Source of the DNA: Raillietiella orientalis | Lineage: Eukaryota | Assembly: GCA_036172245.1 (NCBI GenBank) | Contig: JAYWIR010000026.1 | Coordinates: 434,001-498,000 of the forward strand | Length of the DNA: 64,000 bases | Reading direction: 5' to 3' | Program-made: the position numbers and the translations under genes | The notes under the pieces: generated by a model | Seen by the model: only the letters and a program-made list of their open reading frames with translations | The model's database searches: none | What the model was told of the DNA's origin: nothing | In this document: positions 38,330 through 51,402 of the stretch, piece after piece | Position numbering within the stretch: the first letter of the stretch is position 1 | How the letters are laid out: each line of letters begins with the position of its first letter

Positions 38330-40060
38330 GCGATGGAGCTTCCCTGGGATAGAACTTTGGAGCTTCCCGCATCCTCCCTCCACCCCTCACGTTTCAGGGA
38401 AACCAGACTCTCCACGACAAAGATCTCAGGCTCTTCCAACAGGCATCTTACAGCCAATAGTAGGTTGATGGCACGTGAAGCTTCAGCGACCACATCCAAA
38501 TCCTAGTGAAAACCTTGCTGAGATCTGCTGATGACTTCCGCCGCGAACTGGGAAGAACTCCTGCTTAGGTTCGGCACGCCCTCCGAAACCTGATGGAAGT
38601 GTTCCACACCTTTCCGAGTGGAGAGGTGCTTTCTCCCGAACTCGGAAACCCTGGCAGAAGGAATATCTCGAAGGGAGGCACTTTCCGATCCACATTTTCC
38701 GTGACGGCAGAAAATGATCAGCAAAGTTCGGTTCATCTGTAAGAGTCGCACTTTGTTTCGCCCCTGGGGCTTCCATGAGCTGCACTTTTCCCGCTACATC
38801 TTACACTGAGGAATCTGCAATCTGCTGCCTGGGCTGGGAGGGGATAGGGGAATTTTCCTTCTTCTCCTGTCTCCCTTGAGGAGCACATGGGATCGTCCTG
38901 GACGCAAGGCGATGCACCGCCCGATCCGATTCTAATGCGCTTTCGCTGCCGACCCGCGTCCAAAAATCGCGGGCGCCTGTGCCCCCTGCTCGCCTACATA
39001 CGTTCGGGCGTGTACGCAGTGGCACACTTTTACAACGGCACCAGTACACCGAAAGTCGCACCTTGCATCAACGTATGTACACCCCTCGTACTTTTTCAGC
39101 CTCCATTCCTGCGGCCCCTGTTTTCTGCAGCCGTTGCCCACAGTCGCTGCTTTCGAACGAAGGGCGCTGCCCTGCCAGGTGTGCCGCGGGTCAGCAGTAC
39201 CGCCCTATGCGAGCCGCAGGTTAGAACTTTCCAGGGACCGACGTCCGGGAAGAAACTCGGGCTGCTCCGAAGAGCAGCATCTGAAAGACAAACCGATCGA
39301 GTGTTGCAAATGGTGTACAGTAAGAAATCGCCCGTTAGAATACTTCGATCGCAAAGCACTTCGTTCGGCTTTACGATTTCCTCTTCCAGGTTGTGTCGTT
39401 TATATTTCACGAGCACCTTTAGCTTGACGGTACGATGTTTACACTCTCACATCACGGGATGTTAACTTGAGGTCACTTTCGCGCTGTCATTATATACCTG
39501 CGCGTATTTCTTAAGCACTGTGGATTGTGCGAGCCTCACTCTGTTTCGCTCCTGAGAGCCTCTTCCTTCCACATCCAACACTGAGGGACCTCCGCTCCTG
39601 GATAAAAGGAAATCCCGAATGCAGGGGATTTACTTCGATCTTTACTTTGAGGCGCTACTGGGATTGTTCGGCACGGAAGACGATGTCGAGGGGTGCTGAG
39701 GTCCATCATCCGGTGCGATCCTGGAGCGCTTTCGCTGTCTCCCCGCACGCGCAGGTCGCGAACACCTGTGCGCACCTTTCGCAGGCACACGTGCGCATGC
39801 CACACTTCCATAACAGCACCAGCGCATTGAAGGTCACGCCCTCCTCCAAAGTGCGTGCGGCCTCACAGTAAGCTGACGCTGGCTGCTCTTGTGTGAGCAG
39901 GAATGACCACCGACTCGAGAAGATGGAATCGGGCAGACCGAACGCACACAGGTGGCCATTCAGGGAGGCACCCCCAGGATCCAAGTCATCCTCCCTGATC
40001 TTCCGTGTTAACTCGAATCTCCGATGAGTAAGCGAACCCGTCGAACCAGGGGCTCCCAAC
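38330..40060 (-). mobile_element. Decayed BEL/Pao integrase with its C-terminal domain
   Basis: Motifs in order: LDPGG..LNGHL, EGVT...VW...VRTGV, RMMDLSTPR, LLYTICNTRSVCL...SSPSFF (LFTCxxTRAVHLE), DFWTRVGS, ADHFL, MPVGRA*DLCRGESG (WPLGRV...GxDG). Confidence 0.6.
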
Positions 40061-41149
40061 GCGTGCGAACTGAGCTCCACGACTCGAATCGCCGTTCTTT
40101 GACAACGAATCTTGAAACCAAAATGGAAGTTCTCCAGCCTGGAAGATCCAGGGGACCGGAAGGAAAAGAAAACTTGTCGAGAGAAACGCCGGGGATGGGG
40201 GGGGCAGGGAGAAGAAAGCCGAGTCCTATAAGTCCGTTGCGTTCGGACAGCCCTGGACACTGGTACCAGTGAGATTTTTTCCGCAGGGGTCTGTCCACAG
40301 TGCCCCTGGGGTGCTTCAGGGGGAAGTGTCTAAACCTACTTCAGGGTCGATCCCCTTACACTCACATCGCCACCTGCTGAATTGCCACGCAAATTTCTAG
40401 AGGCAAAGGTTGCTTGAAAAATTGTTTTCTAAGGCTTGCAGAGAGCGGTACTGATGACCACGTGGCACTCCTCATCGCGCAGCGCGGTCATTTGGAAGCA
40501 GCGACGAGACGCAACAGCTGCCAAATAAACGGCTTCCAAGAATGGAGACCGCAAGAACGAGGGTTTCATCAACAGGGGCTGAAAGAACGGAGACTGCAAG
40601 ATGAAGATGCCACTTTCGGGCTGTTGCAATGAAACCGAAGGAAAGGACCGTTCCTTTGTGAATACGAGCTCTGCACGACGCAAACTCTGAGGCGCTGCAG
40701 GTCAGGTGGGGAAAAGGACATGAGCAGTTTCGACTGGAAGTGGGCGAGAGAATACTTGTTTCCCCAAATGGTAGAGGGCTGCTTGAGCAGAGAGAGCACT
40801 TGGTTTAACACCCGTAACGCCGGGGCGTTTATTATAAAAATAATAAACATACATGTGTAGGGCCATAGGTCCTACATTGTCCGAAAATGTTCGGAACGTG
40901 CCGAGGAACCGGCACGCAGGCTGGCGAGGTTCGCCTTGGCAGCAGGAGGAGGCAAACAGAAATAAAACTCAATAATAATAACAATAATAAAAAAACTCTG
41001 GTGGCACGGGAAGGGATCACTGTCCTCTGGATGGCGTCCTCCCCCGGTGCATCAGCAGGAGCTCCTTGCCGGCCTCCTTTCCAGGATGCCGGCAAGTTCC
41101 TTCTGAGTATGTCCCAGGTGTGGCCATCAAGCTGCCGTCCTCATGGAGC

Positions 41150-44060
41150 TCAAGGCGAACCAGGTGGCGTCCCTATCGCGCCGTCCTCCTCTCGCGTAGC
41201 TCCAGACCGCCACAATCCTTCGTAGGCAGCAGAGAACTGCTAGGAATGCTGCAGGCGAAAGGGCCTCCAGCACGGAGAGGCGCTTCAACACGTCTCTGGG
41301 ATTGTCCTTTGATGCCCCAAGGGCTGTTACGTAACGCAGTTACAGGAGCCGGAGGGCAGCACAGTCTACAAGCAGATGCGGGAGGAATTCCCGTTCTCCG
41401 CACCTGCAACAGTTGGGGTCCACAGCCCTCCGGGTCCAGTGAGACCGGCGGACGTCGCACAGGATACCCCAGTGTAGCACCAGAAATGCCAATTCCTGCC
41501 ACTTCAGGGGAAGGGTCCGGTCGTTTTTCAGCGCTGTGGGTCACTCAAGGTCTTCCAGCTGGATTCCCAGCAGCACGCTTCAGCGCAATAGTCCCTTTAG
41601 TGGTTAGGTTGCAGCCCGTGGTCCAACCACCTAATTCCTTCGTCCGAAGACCTATTTCGCAACTGACCTCCAATTTGGCCGACTGCCTTCTGCCCAGGTG
41701 CTTCCTGAGTCAGGGCAGAGCCGTGGCTAGGGAGGTCTTTTCAGCTCACGCACGCATGGTGGGCTGCAGGATGACCTCCTGTAGCGAGGGGTTGTTGTAG
41801 GAGTGCAGCAGTCGCTGCCACATCTCCGGGCTCGCTTCTTGGCCAATGAGCGAACGGTTTCCTACAACCGGGCACTACCGTTCGCGGGTCAGCAGGAAAT
41901 CCAGGTGTTGATCCTGGTCAGGGTGGCCAATCGCCAGCGCTCGAGTCCGCAGCGGGACACACTGCGTCTGCGTCGCCGTGCCAGGAACGAAGAGAGTCCC
42001 TCGTAGCAGGTGGCTCTCTTGACCAGGTGTCGTGCTCGCACCGGTTTGTGCTCCAAAACTTCGCCGCTAAGGCCAGCGTCCTCCACTCTGCTTGGGGTGC
42101 CCTTCGAAGAACTCGTGGTCCTTCCTTTGTGCACGAACACTTCGGTGTTTGCCGTTGAGATGGAAATAGAAGGTTCCGCTGCTTTTGCACGGTACAATCC
42201 GGGCGGGCACCTCGTCTCCCGGGGTAGTTGAATCCCGGAACTGTTCCAGGTGGGGGTGATGGAATCGTTCCCGCGCGTATCGCGGGTCTGCAATGCCCTC
42301 AAGGACATCTGGCCCGCCATCTGAAAAACACCGCCAAGGAGGAGCTGCGGCACTTCGCACAAGGCGGGCCGACTGATGTCACGCGCTGCGATCGCAACGA
42401 GATGCTGCGTCCGGTCGCTGCCGCCTGCCACGTGCTGGAGCCTCGGACGCAGCGGAGGGAGACCGTCCGCACCGCAGCCGCCTTGATGAAGACGGCTGCA
42501 AAGTGTGGCCTCACCTCCAAGAAGTCGTCAGGGAAGCCGCCAACACGCGGAGCAGGTTTGCGGACAGAAAGAGCGCTGCATACCAGAGAACAGGCAGCCA
42601 CCACCTCGGCAGCGCGAATCGCGCATGCGCCTTGGTGCACCCGCCGCGACACCGCTGTTGCTGCTGGCGACAGATGCGCGCAAGCGGCAGGCGGAGTGCT
42701 CGTTGGAGACCGTGCGAAAGTAAGGCCCGCGTGGGCGATCGCGTGGCGGCGGGACGCAGTCCGCGCGTGGCGCCGAACGTTGCGGGTTCGAATCCCGCCA
42801 GGCGAAGGATCGACTCGGAAAACCAGGAGGTGGGCGTCGTGGGTTCCGAGTGCCCCCCCTCCCTTCCGCAGGATGATGCTGGTTCGCCTATTCTGGTGCA
42901 GCGCTGGTACCAGCAGTCGGAAACACCGGATGCCCCCGTTGCCTGGCTGGGACTTGGAAGAGGACCCTTCCGGGAATCGAGGAGCTCTCCGGGGTTCTCA
43001 GGAGACAACCACGGCGACGGTGACCTTCGGGGTTCCCTCTCAAGGGTAAGAGGAGCGGACTTCTTGCTCCGGAGCCATCCTGGATTCCTAGAAGATCCCT
43101 AGGAGATCCCTCCCTATAAGCTGAAGAGTTGCAAACACCTTCGGGCGGCGCAGACAGGGCCAAAGAGTTTCATGAGCGCCGCCTGAACAGGCGAGTGGTT
43201 CTTCAGCACTCCTTGCGAGGCAAAAAGAAAGGAAAGCGATTTCAGAGGTTCCTGGAAAGTGCCGCTGCCCAGAGGTGGTTCTTCTTCGAGACTCTCTCTG
43301 GGACTTTCCTGGACCCCGTCTCGAAATCAGGGAGGAACATCGGGTGCGTCTCTGCCCCTGCCCTTCCCCGCGCTCCGGACTTTCTCAAGAGCCGGCCGTC
43401 GGCCATTCCTGTCGAACTTCCTTTCGTTCCCTTTTTGGGGGTGGGGGATGGACGACCTTCGACTCCCAGCTTGCGAGTTCCCTCTTTCGAAAGAATACCA
43501 CCTGAGCGACCGGGTGACAGCGCAGGGATAGCGGCCGGTAGCTGCCCGATGTTACCGCTCGTTCGGTAGCCTCTGGCGATCGATTTCCCCGTGCGAAGAT
43601 TCCTCTTTTTCCCCGAGCAGCCATGTCCAGTGATCTTTGATTCCCTACTTTCCTTTTTTTTGGCACTGGTTGGTCGTTCTCTCACGTGCTCCCTGGAACG
43701 TGTCCTAAGCTGACCGGACGTTGCGCCGCGGGGTCTCGTTCGATCGAGTTCTGCCATTTTCATGTTCTCTTCTTCACCCTCTCCCTCCTTCCCCCTACTT
43801 TGCGCTCCAGGATCTCCGTGGTGGTCCCTCCCTCCCCTGCCGCTTTACAAATCTCCAGCGAGAGCGCGAAGCTCTTGGCATCGGTGTGAAGGTGGCGGTG
43901 GTCCATCCTGTCTGGAGAGGTGGCCGGTAGCCGAGGATCTGTTGTTCCGGCTTGCTTTCGTCGCGTGGATCCTCCAGGCGGGCAGCATCCTGAGGAGCGC
44001 TCCCCAGCTGACCCGCTTCGTGAAGTCCGTCGTTAACGCTTCCCACAACTCCCCCATCCC
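41150..44060 (-). mobile_element. Long decayed RLE-type non-LTR retrotransposon (RT core to zinc knuckle)
   Basis: Motifs in order: LSPGRSGGI (SAPGPDGI), NHSPVQAALMKLF (NxRPI...KLF), LLDSRKG, RRVHQG, GFPDDFLEV (AFADD), LLGGVF, ACRLCC. Confidence 0.6.
42735..42805 (+). other. tRNA-derived SINE-head-like remnant interrupting the RT relic
   Basis: GCGGGTTCGAATCCC at 42782-42796 with an upstream TGGCG A-box-like stretch; no full cloverleaf. Confidence 0.5.
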
Positions 44061-44560
44061 TCTTGGGCGCCTGCCGTCGCTCCTTCGTGCGCGCTCTCCG
44101 CTCGAAGGTCAGCCCATTTTCCCTAGGCTGACCCTCTCAGGCCAAGGTTCCTGGAACGGACCGGGGGCAAAGCGGGCGAACGGACCCGCCCAAGCAGGGC
44201 AGCGAATTCCCGCGAGAGCGCGCTGCTTCCAGGAGGCTCGGCGACCGACGCGGTCCGGCCGGCCAGTGTCGAGCAGCCCTGACGCGAAGGCGGAGGTACC
44301 CTGGGTTGGGAGGGGCTTCCTGACGACCCAGAGAGCACATCCCGAGAGCTGGGTCCGCCGGCCGGCCAGCGACGATGTCCTCTCCGGGAAGCCCACGGCT
44401 GGCAGGTGAAGAAGATTTAGTCCTGTGCGGGGTGGGTGGGGTGATTGGCACCTTCATTCGTCGGGCGTTTCTTTCAATAAAAAGAAACGTTTTCTGCGAA
44501 CTGTGGTTGGGTCCAGCCACGTGCTTTATGATGAGCCTTCCGGGTAACTGGTGTTCAGAC

Positions 44561-45300
44561 CAATTCAGAGGCGGTTCGGTGGCTCAGTGGACCTCGCCGC
44601 GGCGCCGGTGGTCGCCGAGCCACACCAGCCATGATCCACGTCCCCGGAGAAGGCAGGTTGGCTCTCTGCACCGAGCGTCGAGCGAGAGCCGAGCCGAGGT
44701 GCGCGCGCTGGAGTTCCCACCTCGCAGCACGATGGCGCCAACGCCCGCGTCTGAATGCCCTCGGGAACCGGGAGTGGACCGTCCGCTGCCCCGCGCTCAC
44801 CCCTCGTTCCCAGACAGGGCAGAGGGACTCGTTTAGCCGAAGAAGCTGATCGGGTGTGCCCACTCGACAGACCTCGTCGCAGCCCTGCGTGTGCTGCCTC
44901 GGGCGCAGCGAAGGCAGGTCGCCGCCGACATGGCCTTGATGAGGACGGCCACGAGGTGACCTCCCCTCCAAGGAGTACAGGTCGTCAGGGGGAGATCGCC
45001 ACCGTACACACACCCGGTTGTAGGAGGAAACGAGTGGATGAAACCAGGGACCCCTCCCTGCTACCACTGTATTGTCCGCTCGCTCCGCTGCTGGACTTTT
45101 TGAAAAGCCGTCTGCGTGCCGGTGGACTTCTTTTGCGTTTGGGCGTGTCTGCTCGTTTGTGTTGGGACGAACGTCCCGGCGCCACCGGGGTGAGAAGGCA
45201 CCTCGGTCAGTGACGGTGGACGAGGCTTCCTTCTGGTCGCCGTGTGGCCGGCGTGGTGGAGCAAGTGGCTGTTTGTGCTTGGCGAGCCGGAGGAAGGAAA
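44561..45300 (-). repeat. Repeat A copy 1 (740 bp, truncated)
   Basis: Colinear with 59537-60276 and inverted relative to about 51424-52161. Confidence 0.95.
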
Positions 45301-45649
45301 AAAGGAGAACGGGTGGGCGTGGGTAGCGGCGAGCCTCCACGAAACACCTATATGACATCCGTGGATTGAAAGAGCACGCGAAGATCCTCAATAGGCAGTA
45401 ACCAAAGAAAAGGGGATGCTCACTCTTCTAAAGATCCTCTCTGGGTCCAGAAGACCTCAGTATCAACTCCAGAATGAGTCCTGCCTTCCTCACCACACAT
45501 CAACCTCGTTCTCCTTCTAACGAGGCCGTGGTTCTGAGGGTGCCTTTGATGGTTGTGGTGCGTGTGCTTTGGGAGAGTGCCTCTGGCTACATTTCTCTCT
45601 CTCTCTCTCTCTAAGCGAAAAGCACCGTCACAGGTGCGTATTACTGGCA

Positions 45650-47600
45650 GCCGGAGGGGCGTTCCAGGGGCTCCGCAGACCAGATGAGAGGTTCCTCAGA
45701 CTGCTTGCCCGGGGATCTGCGTCATCACTGTGTCGCCTCGTGTCGCGGCACGGATGGAGGACAAGGACGTCACAAAATGCGTCTGGCGACCCGTACTCTT
45801 CTGTAGGAGGTCAGTCCGCCTCTATGGGATTCTCTGTTTCACCTGAATGCCCCGCGTCGTCGGCCGCGTTCCACGCGCTGAAAGACGCTCGCCAGGAGAG
45901 ATCGCACGCAGCCGAACTTCCCAGTAAAGATCGGGCGGTACGCTGGGCCTCCTTTCTCTTGGGGGACGGGCCGACCTTGGGGGCGACCATGCTGGGCCAT
46001 GGTCATCATCCTTGCAGTGGTGCTCCTGAATGTCACGGTCCAGAGCGGACCGAAGGCATCGTTTCCATGTCGCACGCCTCCCGCTCACGCGCACTCGGCA
46101 CCGCCCGCTACGAGCGTGTCCTCCTTCGGAAAAGAAGTGGAGGCTAGGCGCGCTCAAGGAAGCGATGATGTCTGCGTTGAAGGATAAGCAGCCCGAAGGT
46201 GCGACGATGACCGACGGGTTCAGGCATCTTTCCAAGGGGGGGCGTAATCTTGTCCACGAGCCGCACGGAGCACAGTCAGAGATGGGTGCGCGAACTTGGC
46301 GCTCTCACCTCTTCGGTCTCTACGAGCTCCGTGAGTCCCCCAGGAGGAACTCCATCTCCGTATCATCTCTTCTCCGATCATGGTCCCACTGACCGCACGA
46401 AAGCCTGCCATAGACCTGCGACTGACTCAGGGACCAACGGAGCCCAGCAAGATCCCAGGAGGCTTCTTCCTTGGTCCGAACCATCGACTCTTCACGCCCC
46501 TCGGCAATCACTGTGGAGGACTTGGTTCGCTGATTCATCCCGCGCGCAGGCGCCGTGCAGCCCTTCCCTCCTACCGCGAGCGCGAAGGGGATGCTGCTCG
46601 GCCCTGGATGGTCCGCGGGCTCGAACTAGACTTTCCTTCGCATCTTTGCATCAGAAGCCGCTCATCCTCGAGTGCAATCTCAGGCTGGCTTCCTCCAGAA
46701 GTTCCCATGGACTTTGCCCGGTCAGATGCCTATCATCCCACCACTCAGGAATGCTGTGGGCATCGTCTTCAGGGTTCTTTCCTCCACGGATCCTAATGCA
46801 CATTCTCCCGAATGGTCCCTTCCATCCCGGATATTGGTAGGGATAGGGCCCGAGAGATCGTGGACCACGTGGAGAGAAGAGTGCACGTAGTTTTTTGCAC
46901 AGTGTGAAGCGGAAGGCTGCGGGTTCGAATCCCCGGATCTAGAGGCAATGAACTCACCTCAACGATGCCTTATACGCTCGCAGCTTCGCGGTTCGAGCAC
47001 GCAGCGGTGACCCAGTGGCGTGGACCCCCACCTTCCCCGCCGAAGGGCGGCGGAAAGACGTGGGTTCGACTCGCCACCTACGGTACACCAAGAGAGGGCG
47101 TGGCCCACGCCCTGCCGCGGAGGCGGCACGCGTGGATCTCCTTCTTGCCGCTAGACGACAGTGGCATGTGGCGGCGGGAATCACCGGCGGATGCGTGGAC
47201 CAGAAGCGCCTCCGTGCTGTGTCGTCCGTCCATCGCCCAACGTCTTGGAAAGGCGCCCCTTGCAGGGCAGCGCTGGCAGAAGGGAAGGCTGAAGGGCTTG
47301 CCCTTCCTGCTTCCAGCAAACACCGGCTGCTGGGCGGGACACCCCGTGCTAGGGTTGCGAGTCTTGGTCCATCCGGGGGGATGCACTCACGACTGGGCAG
47401 GAACACTCCTTCCAGGTATTTGATGGCCTCCCAGCATCCCGTGACCGGACGCTACCCCCTCATCCTGGTGTCATTCCTCAGAACCCCCCCTCCGTACCTC
47501 CCAGCTGCCGACCTGCGTGTCGGTGCTCCCGCAGGGCATGCTGGTGCACGTTTACCTGACTCTGTCCATGCGGACGAGCGGAAACTCCGCACTGTTATCC
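45650..47600 (+). mobile_element. Decayed non-LTR (R2/NeSL-like) RT and downstream region
   Basis: Motifs in order: ILAVVLLNV, SMSHASRSRAL (SVxHxxIxxAL), PGGTPSPYHLF (QGxPLSPxLF), WFADS, GLELD, RILVG, HLRYTKRGRG; B-box motif at 46919-46933. Confidence 0.5.
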
Positions 47601-48449
47601 ACTCTTGCGCATCCGGTTGGCTTACGTCTCGCCAGCCCTGTGTGTTGTGGCCTCCTCGGTCTCGCGAAATGGCGGCTGCTCTTCGCCGGGGTGCTGAGGT
47701 GCGGCGAAGACTCGCCGCCGCAGGCGGAGCAGAGCGAGACCCACGCCGGATGGACTTCACCGTGCTTGCGAGCCGAGTGGAAGATTTGCAAACTCCGCCT
47801 TGATGGTGGCATTTTTGGTAGAGACTTCTTTCAAGTGGTGGGAACACCTTTGGTTGACGTTTCAAGAACCTCTTGAGGCATCTGGGCGTACAGTCGGGGA
47901 TGTCTTCTCCTATGTGAGCTTTCGAGTCCGAATGCCACGAATTTGTTGACATCTTCCCCCAGACACTTTTGCTTGACCTTGACGGCGATGGTTATCGTTT
48001 TGAATGATGACGCCTTCTGACTGAGAATTTCGCACCGTCTGCAGCAGCAGCACCAGTGCAGGGGAACTGAGAAGAGAATCCAGTAGGTTTATGCACCGGC
48101 GTCCTTGTTGATAACAGACAAACGTGCGAGGTGGTGGGATGATGGTTGCCTTGCGACGCGTAGAGGTTGAAGACGTCTACGCGGAAAGAACAGGGCAGGG
48201 AGGCAATGGGTAAAATAAATGAGAGAAGGAGACCGGTTGGGAGGAGAGGAAGTGGAACGTGGACCATTACCAGCAATGATTCATTATCGCGCCTTCTCTC
48301 CCGCCCTTCTGTTTTTGATTCCATTGGGGTTCCCTGAATCGAGCGTTGGCCGGACGCCGACGGGATTTTCTGCTCGCGAGTCCCTTTGTCCTCTCAGTGG
48401 GAATCTGATGGCACGAATTTCATCTCTGCTCGAGGGGGATCCGGAGCGA

Positions 48450-50850
48450 AACTCGGGAGTCCGGAGAGAGCACGTGACGCCGCCCAATTGCCGGAGGAGA
48501 AGGGAGAAGGAGAAACGTTTCCCCGGATCGTTCCGAGATGGCGTTGCAGGCGAGCACACTGTGAATGCCGGAGGGAACGCGATGCGGGACTGCGTGCCTT
48601 TGCCTCAAGGGCGAATTCAGCGTGTGGCGGAGCGGGACGCGCGCGTGCGTTGCCCGCACGACGGGCGTGCGGCCAAGTCGCGTGCTGGCCACGGGACTCG
48701 TCTCGGGAAAGGAAAAAAAGAAAAAAAAACACTCCGCGCCGGGCACTTCCCTCGCTGAGGCTAGAAGGCACGCACCTTCCGCAGAGTCGCGAGCTCATCC
48801 ATCACCTGCAGAATGGGTTCCATGGCAACGGAGTGAACTCGGGGCGATGCTGCTTCGCTCGTCGCCGCAGAAACGCAGCAGCAGTGGAGATGCATCCGAA
48901 TCCGGCCGTATCCAGATGGGACGCAACGCCTTCCTTCGGAAGAAGCGTGGCTGCGACCCGAGCGACTGACCGACCCCTGACCAAGGCAGCGGCGTCCAGC
49001 GGCAATGCTCGCGGCGCCCACATCGAAAGGTCCTTCACTGCTGAGCCAGTAAGATGAAGGGAAGAAACCAGCAGTTCCGGCACCATCCACGCTTTCTTCC
49101 CGAGGTCTGGAAGCCGAAGCGTCGGGCTGTCCTCGAGCTCTGTTATTGGAAGAATCAATCAACAGGACGAGTCAGCTGTCTGCGGATGATTTTCGCTTCT
49201 GAGGACGCGGGCAGATGGTCGCAACCCCGGCAACGGCAAATTGCTCCGTTCGGCTTTCCCCGCTCGCGAGCCGCGCGGGTGGAAGCCGCGGCGAGACTCC
49301 ACCTCATCCAATCACGACGGCGAAGCCGATGCCCGGCCAATCAGAGCGCGAAGATCCGTCTGCGCCTTCAATCATTTGCCATTCAGTCCTCCCTCCTTAT
49401 GGCGCTCTCCTAATTACGCCACTTTTCCCGAAAGGGAAGCTCTCCCTCGCGTGCGCGGACAGAGCCCGGACGCGTCTCAGCAGCCTCCGAAGCGGATCGG
49501 AGGCCAATCCGTTTCATTGGTCACGGCAGCAGGAGCTTTTCACAGGCACGAGCTGTGGGAAAAGCTGCTCCCCGGCATTCTCAGCAGCGTCCGCACCTTG
49601 CAGCATGTCGTGACCTTTCGCACCTGCCGTGACTACTGCCGTAAGACAATTTTCTTTCCAACAAGGAAGATGTTGGATGCGCGCATCGCTTCAAGCAGCT
49701 CGACGCAAGATGGGCCGGCGCTCTCGCTGCTTGCCTGGAGGAACAGCGGAGCGCTTCGGGATGGATGAAGCGAGGATGGGGAGCTTTCTCGCGACCCCTC
49801 GTCGAGGCGAGCGCGTTCCCCCTCGCGCGCCAGGCTGCATCGCCCTCCGGCGCATTCGAGCGCGCGACCTTCCGCCATTCAACAATCGGCCGGGCCTGCT
49901 CGCTGGTGACCCGGCCCTACGCGAGGTTCGGGCGTGGGACCGAGTGGTGCTAGGGCTCCGTCGGTGGGGCTTCAATCCCTCAGCCATCCGCTCTGCCCCT
50001 CTTTGCTTCCGCTTCGTCCATGCCCGGGTCCACGGGCCGCACCTTGGCGGCTCGCCGGCTGATGCTCGCGTTGGTTCGAGCAAGTCCTCGAGGCTTCCAG
50101 CTCCCGGAAAACATCCCTGGGGCGAGAGTGGTAGGGAAAGCCTCCTTCCTCACTAGCGAACAAGACGCCTCACTCTTGCGAGCACCTGAGGGAACCGTTT
50201 GGACTGGGCCTGTTCCCATGGCTGCCCACCAGGCAGCTGGCACTCCTGGGCGAAGCGCTGACCGCAACCTGGATGCCACACAGATGCTTGCAAAGCAGGC
50301 AGAGATCGTTGGCGACGCCAACCCGACACCGAGCTGAGAGCGGCCATCACGGCAGATCGGAAGTTCGGGAAGAGCCCGCAGTCGCCACAGGGCGAGACAT
50401 CAGCTCGGAAGACACGTCCTAAGGAGATTTTTCCTCTTCCCATGGGGCAGCACGCGCTCCCGCTGTGGAGGGATGAGGAGATCGGGAATTCCGTACTGAA
50501 GAGAGATGCCGCGCACGGCCGCACGACGGGCAAGCATTTTCCCCGCCGCTCTTCGGCGAAGCGCCCACCGGCCGCGGCCCGCTTTCCCCCGGAGCCTTTC
50601 GCTCTCGCGCTGCCCGTGTTCCACCCCGTCCGCTCCGAATGATGAATGGGTCGAGCGGATCGAAGGCAGCACTCTTGGAATCACATCACGGGACAAAAAA
50701 CCTGGAGATTTTAATTGCGCCCATCAATCCTGCCTCTGCAGAGAGAAAGCAGCCCAAGCAGCCTCCAAGCAGAGCTCTCCTCGGAGCAGGAAGGTTCTCG
50801 CAAATCAATCAAGGCGGTAGTCAGGAGGCGGATATCAGGTAGCGCGGGCT
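48450..50850 (+). mobile_element. Decayed Ty3/Gypsy pol (RT-RNase H-integrase order)
   Basis: GGNAMRDCV, HLQNGFH, TPSFG, LSLACAD...NPFHWSR, WEKLLPGI, DPALREV and APNDEWVER appear in colinear order. Confidence 0.5.
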
Positions 50851-51402
50851 ACCATCCCTACCATGGGCTACCATCTACCAGCCTTGCACACGGGCAGCAT
50901 CGCGGCCGCTGAACGAAAGGGAGGCGCCGTTATTGCCAGTTGAAAACCATCTCTCGCAGTTCCTCTTCGACGTGGCGCTTTCATCCGCGTGGGCTCCTCG
51001 CAGGCTGTCCGAGGGAAGCGCGCGACGACCCTTCAGCAGCACTCGCGACCAGAGGAGGTGCCGCCCCCACGCGGGCCGGCGACCCGCTCAGCCATGGCCA
51101 CTGGCATGCGAGCGGCGGCGCATTCCATCGCCCATAAGTGCCGGGCCCGCAGCGATGGAGCTGCACCGAGCGCGCCAAGAGGACTCAAACGGACGAGCAG
51201 CTCGGCGCTCACACGGAAGGACGCCACAGCCCGAGAGCTTCCATCGAGCTCTGTCGGCGTTCAGCAACCCACACGAGCGTCGCTGGCCTTTTCATTTTTA
51301 TTTTGCCCAATTCAGCCCAGTAGAGAGAGATCCCACCTGGAGAACCAAAATGGCGAACTGAGGGTGACGCGAATCACTGCGGGATGTACTCATCCTGCCT
51401 CT

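Noticed and set aside
42735..42805. tRNA gene
   Set aside because: Only the T-arm/B-box is recognisable; no acceptor or anticodon stems
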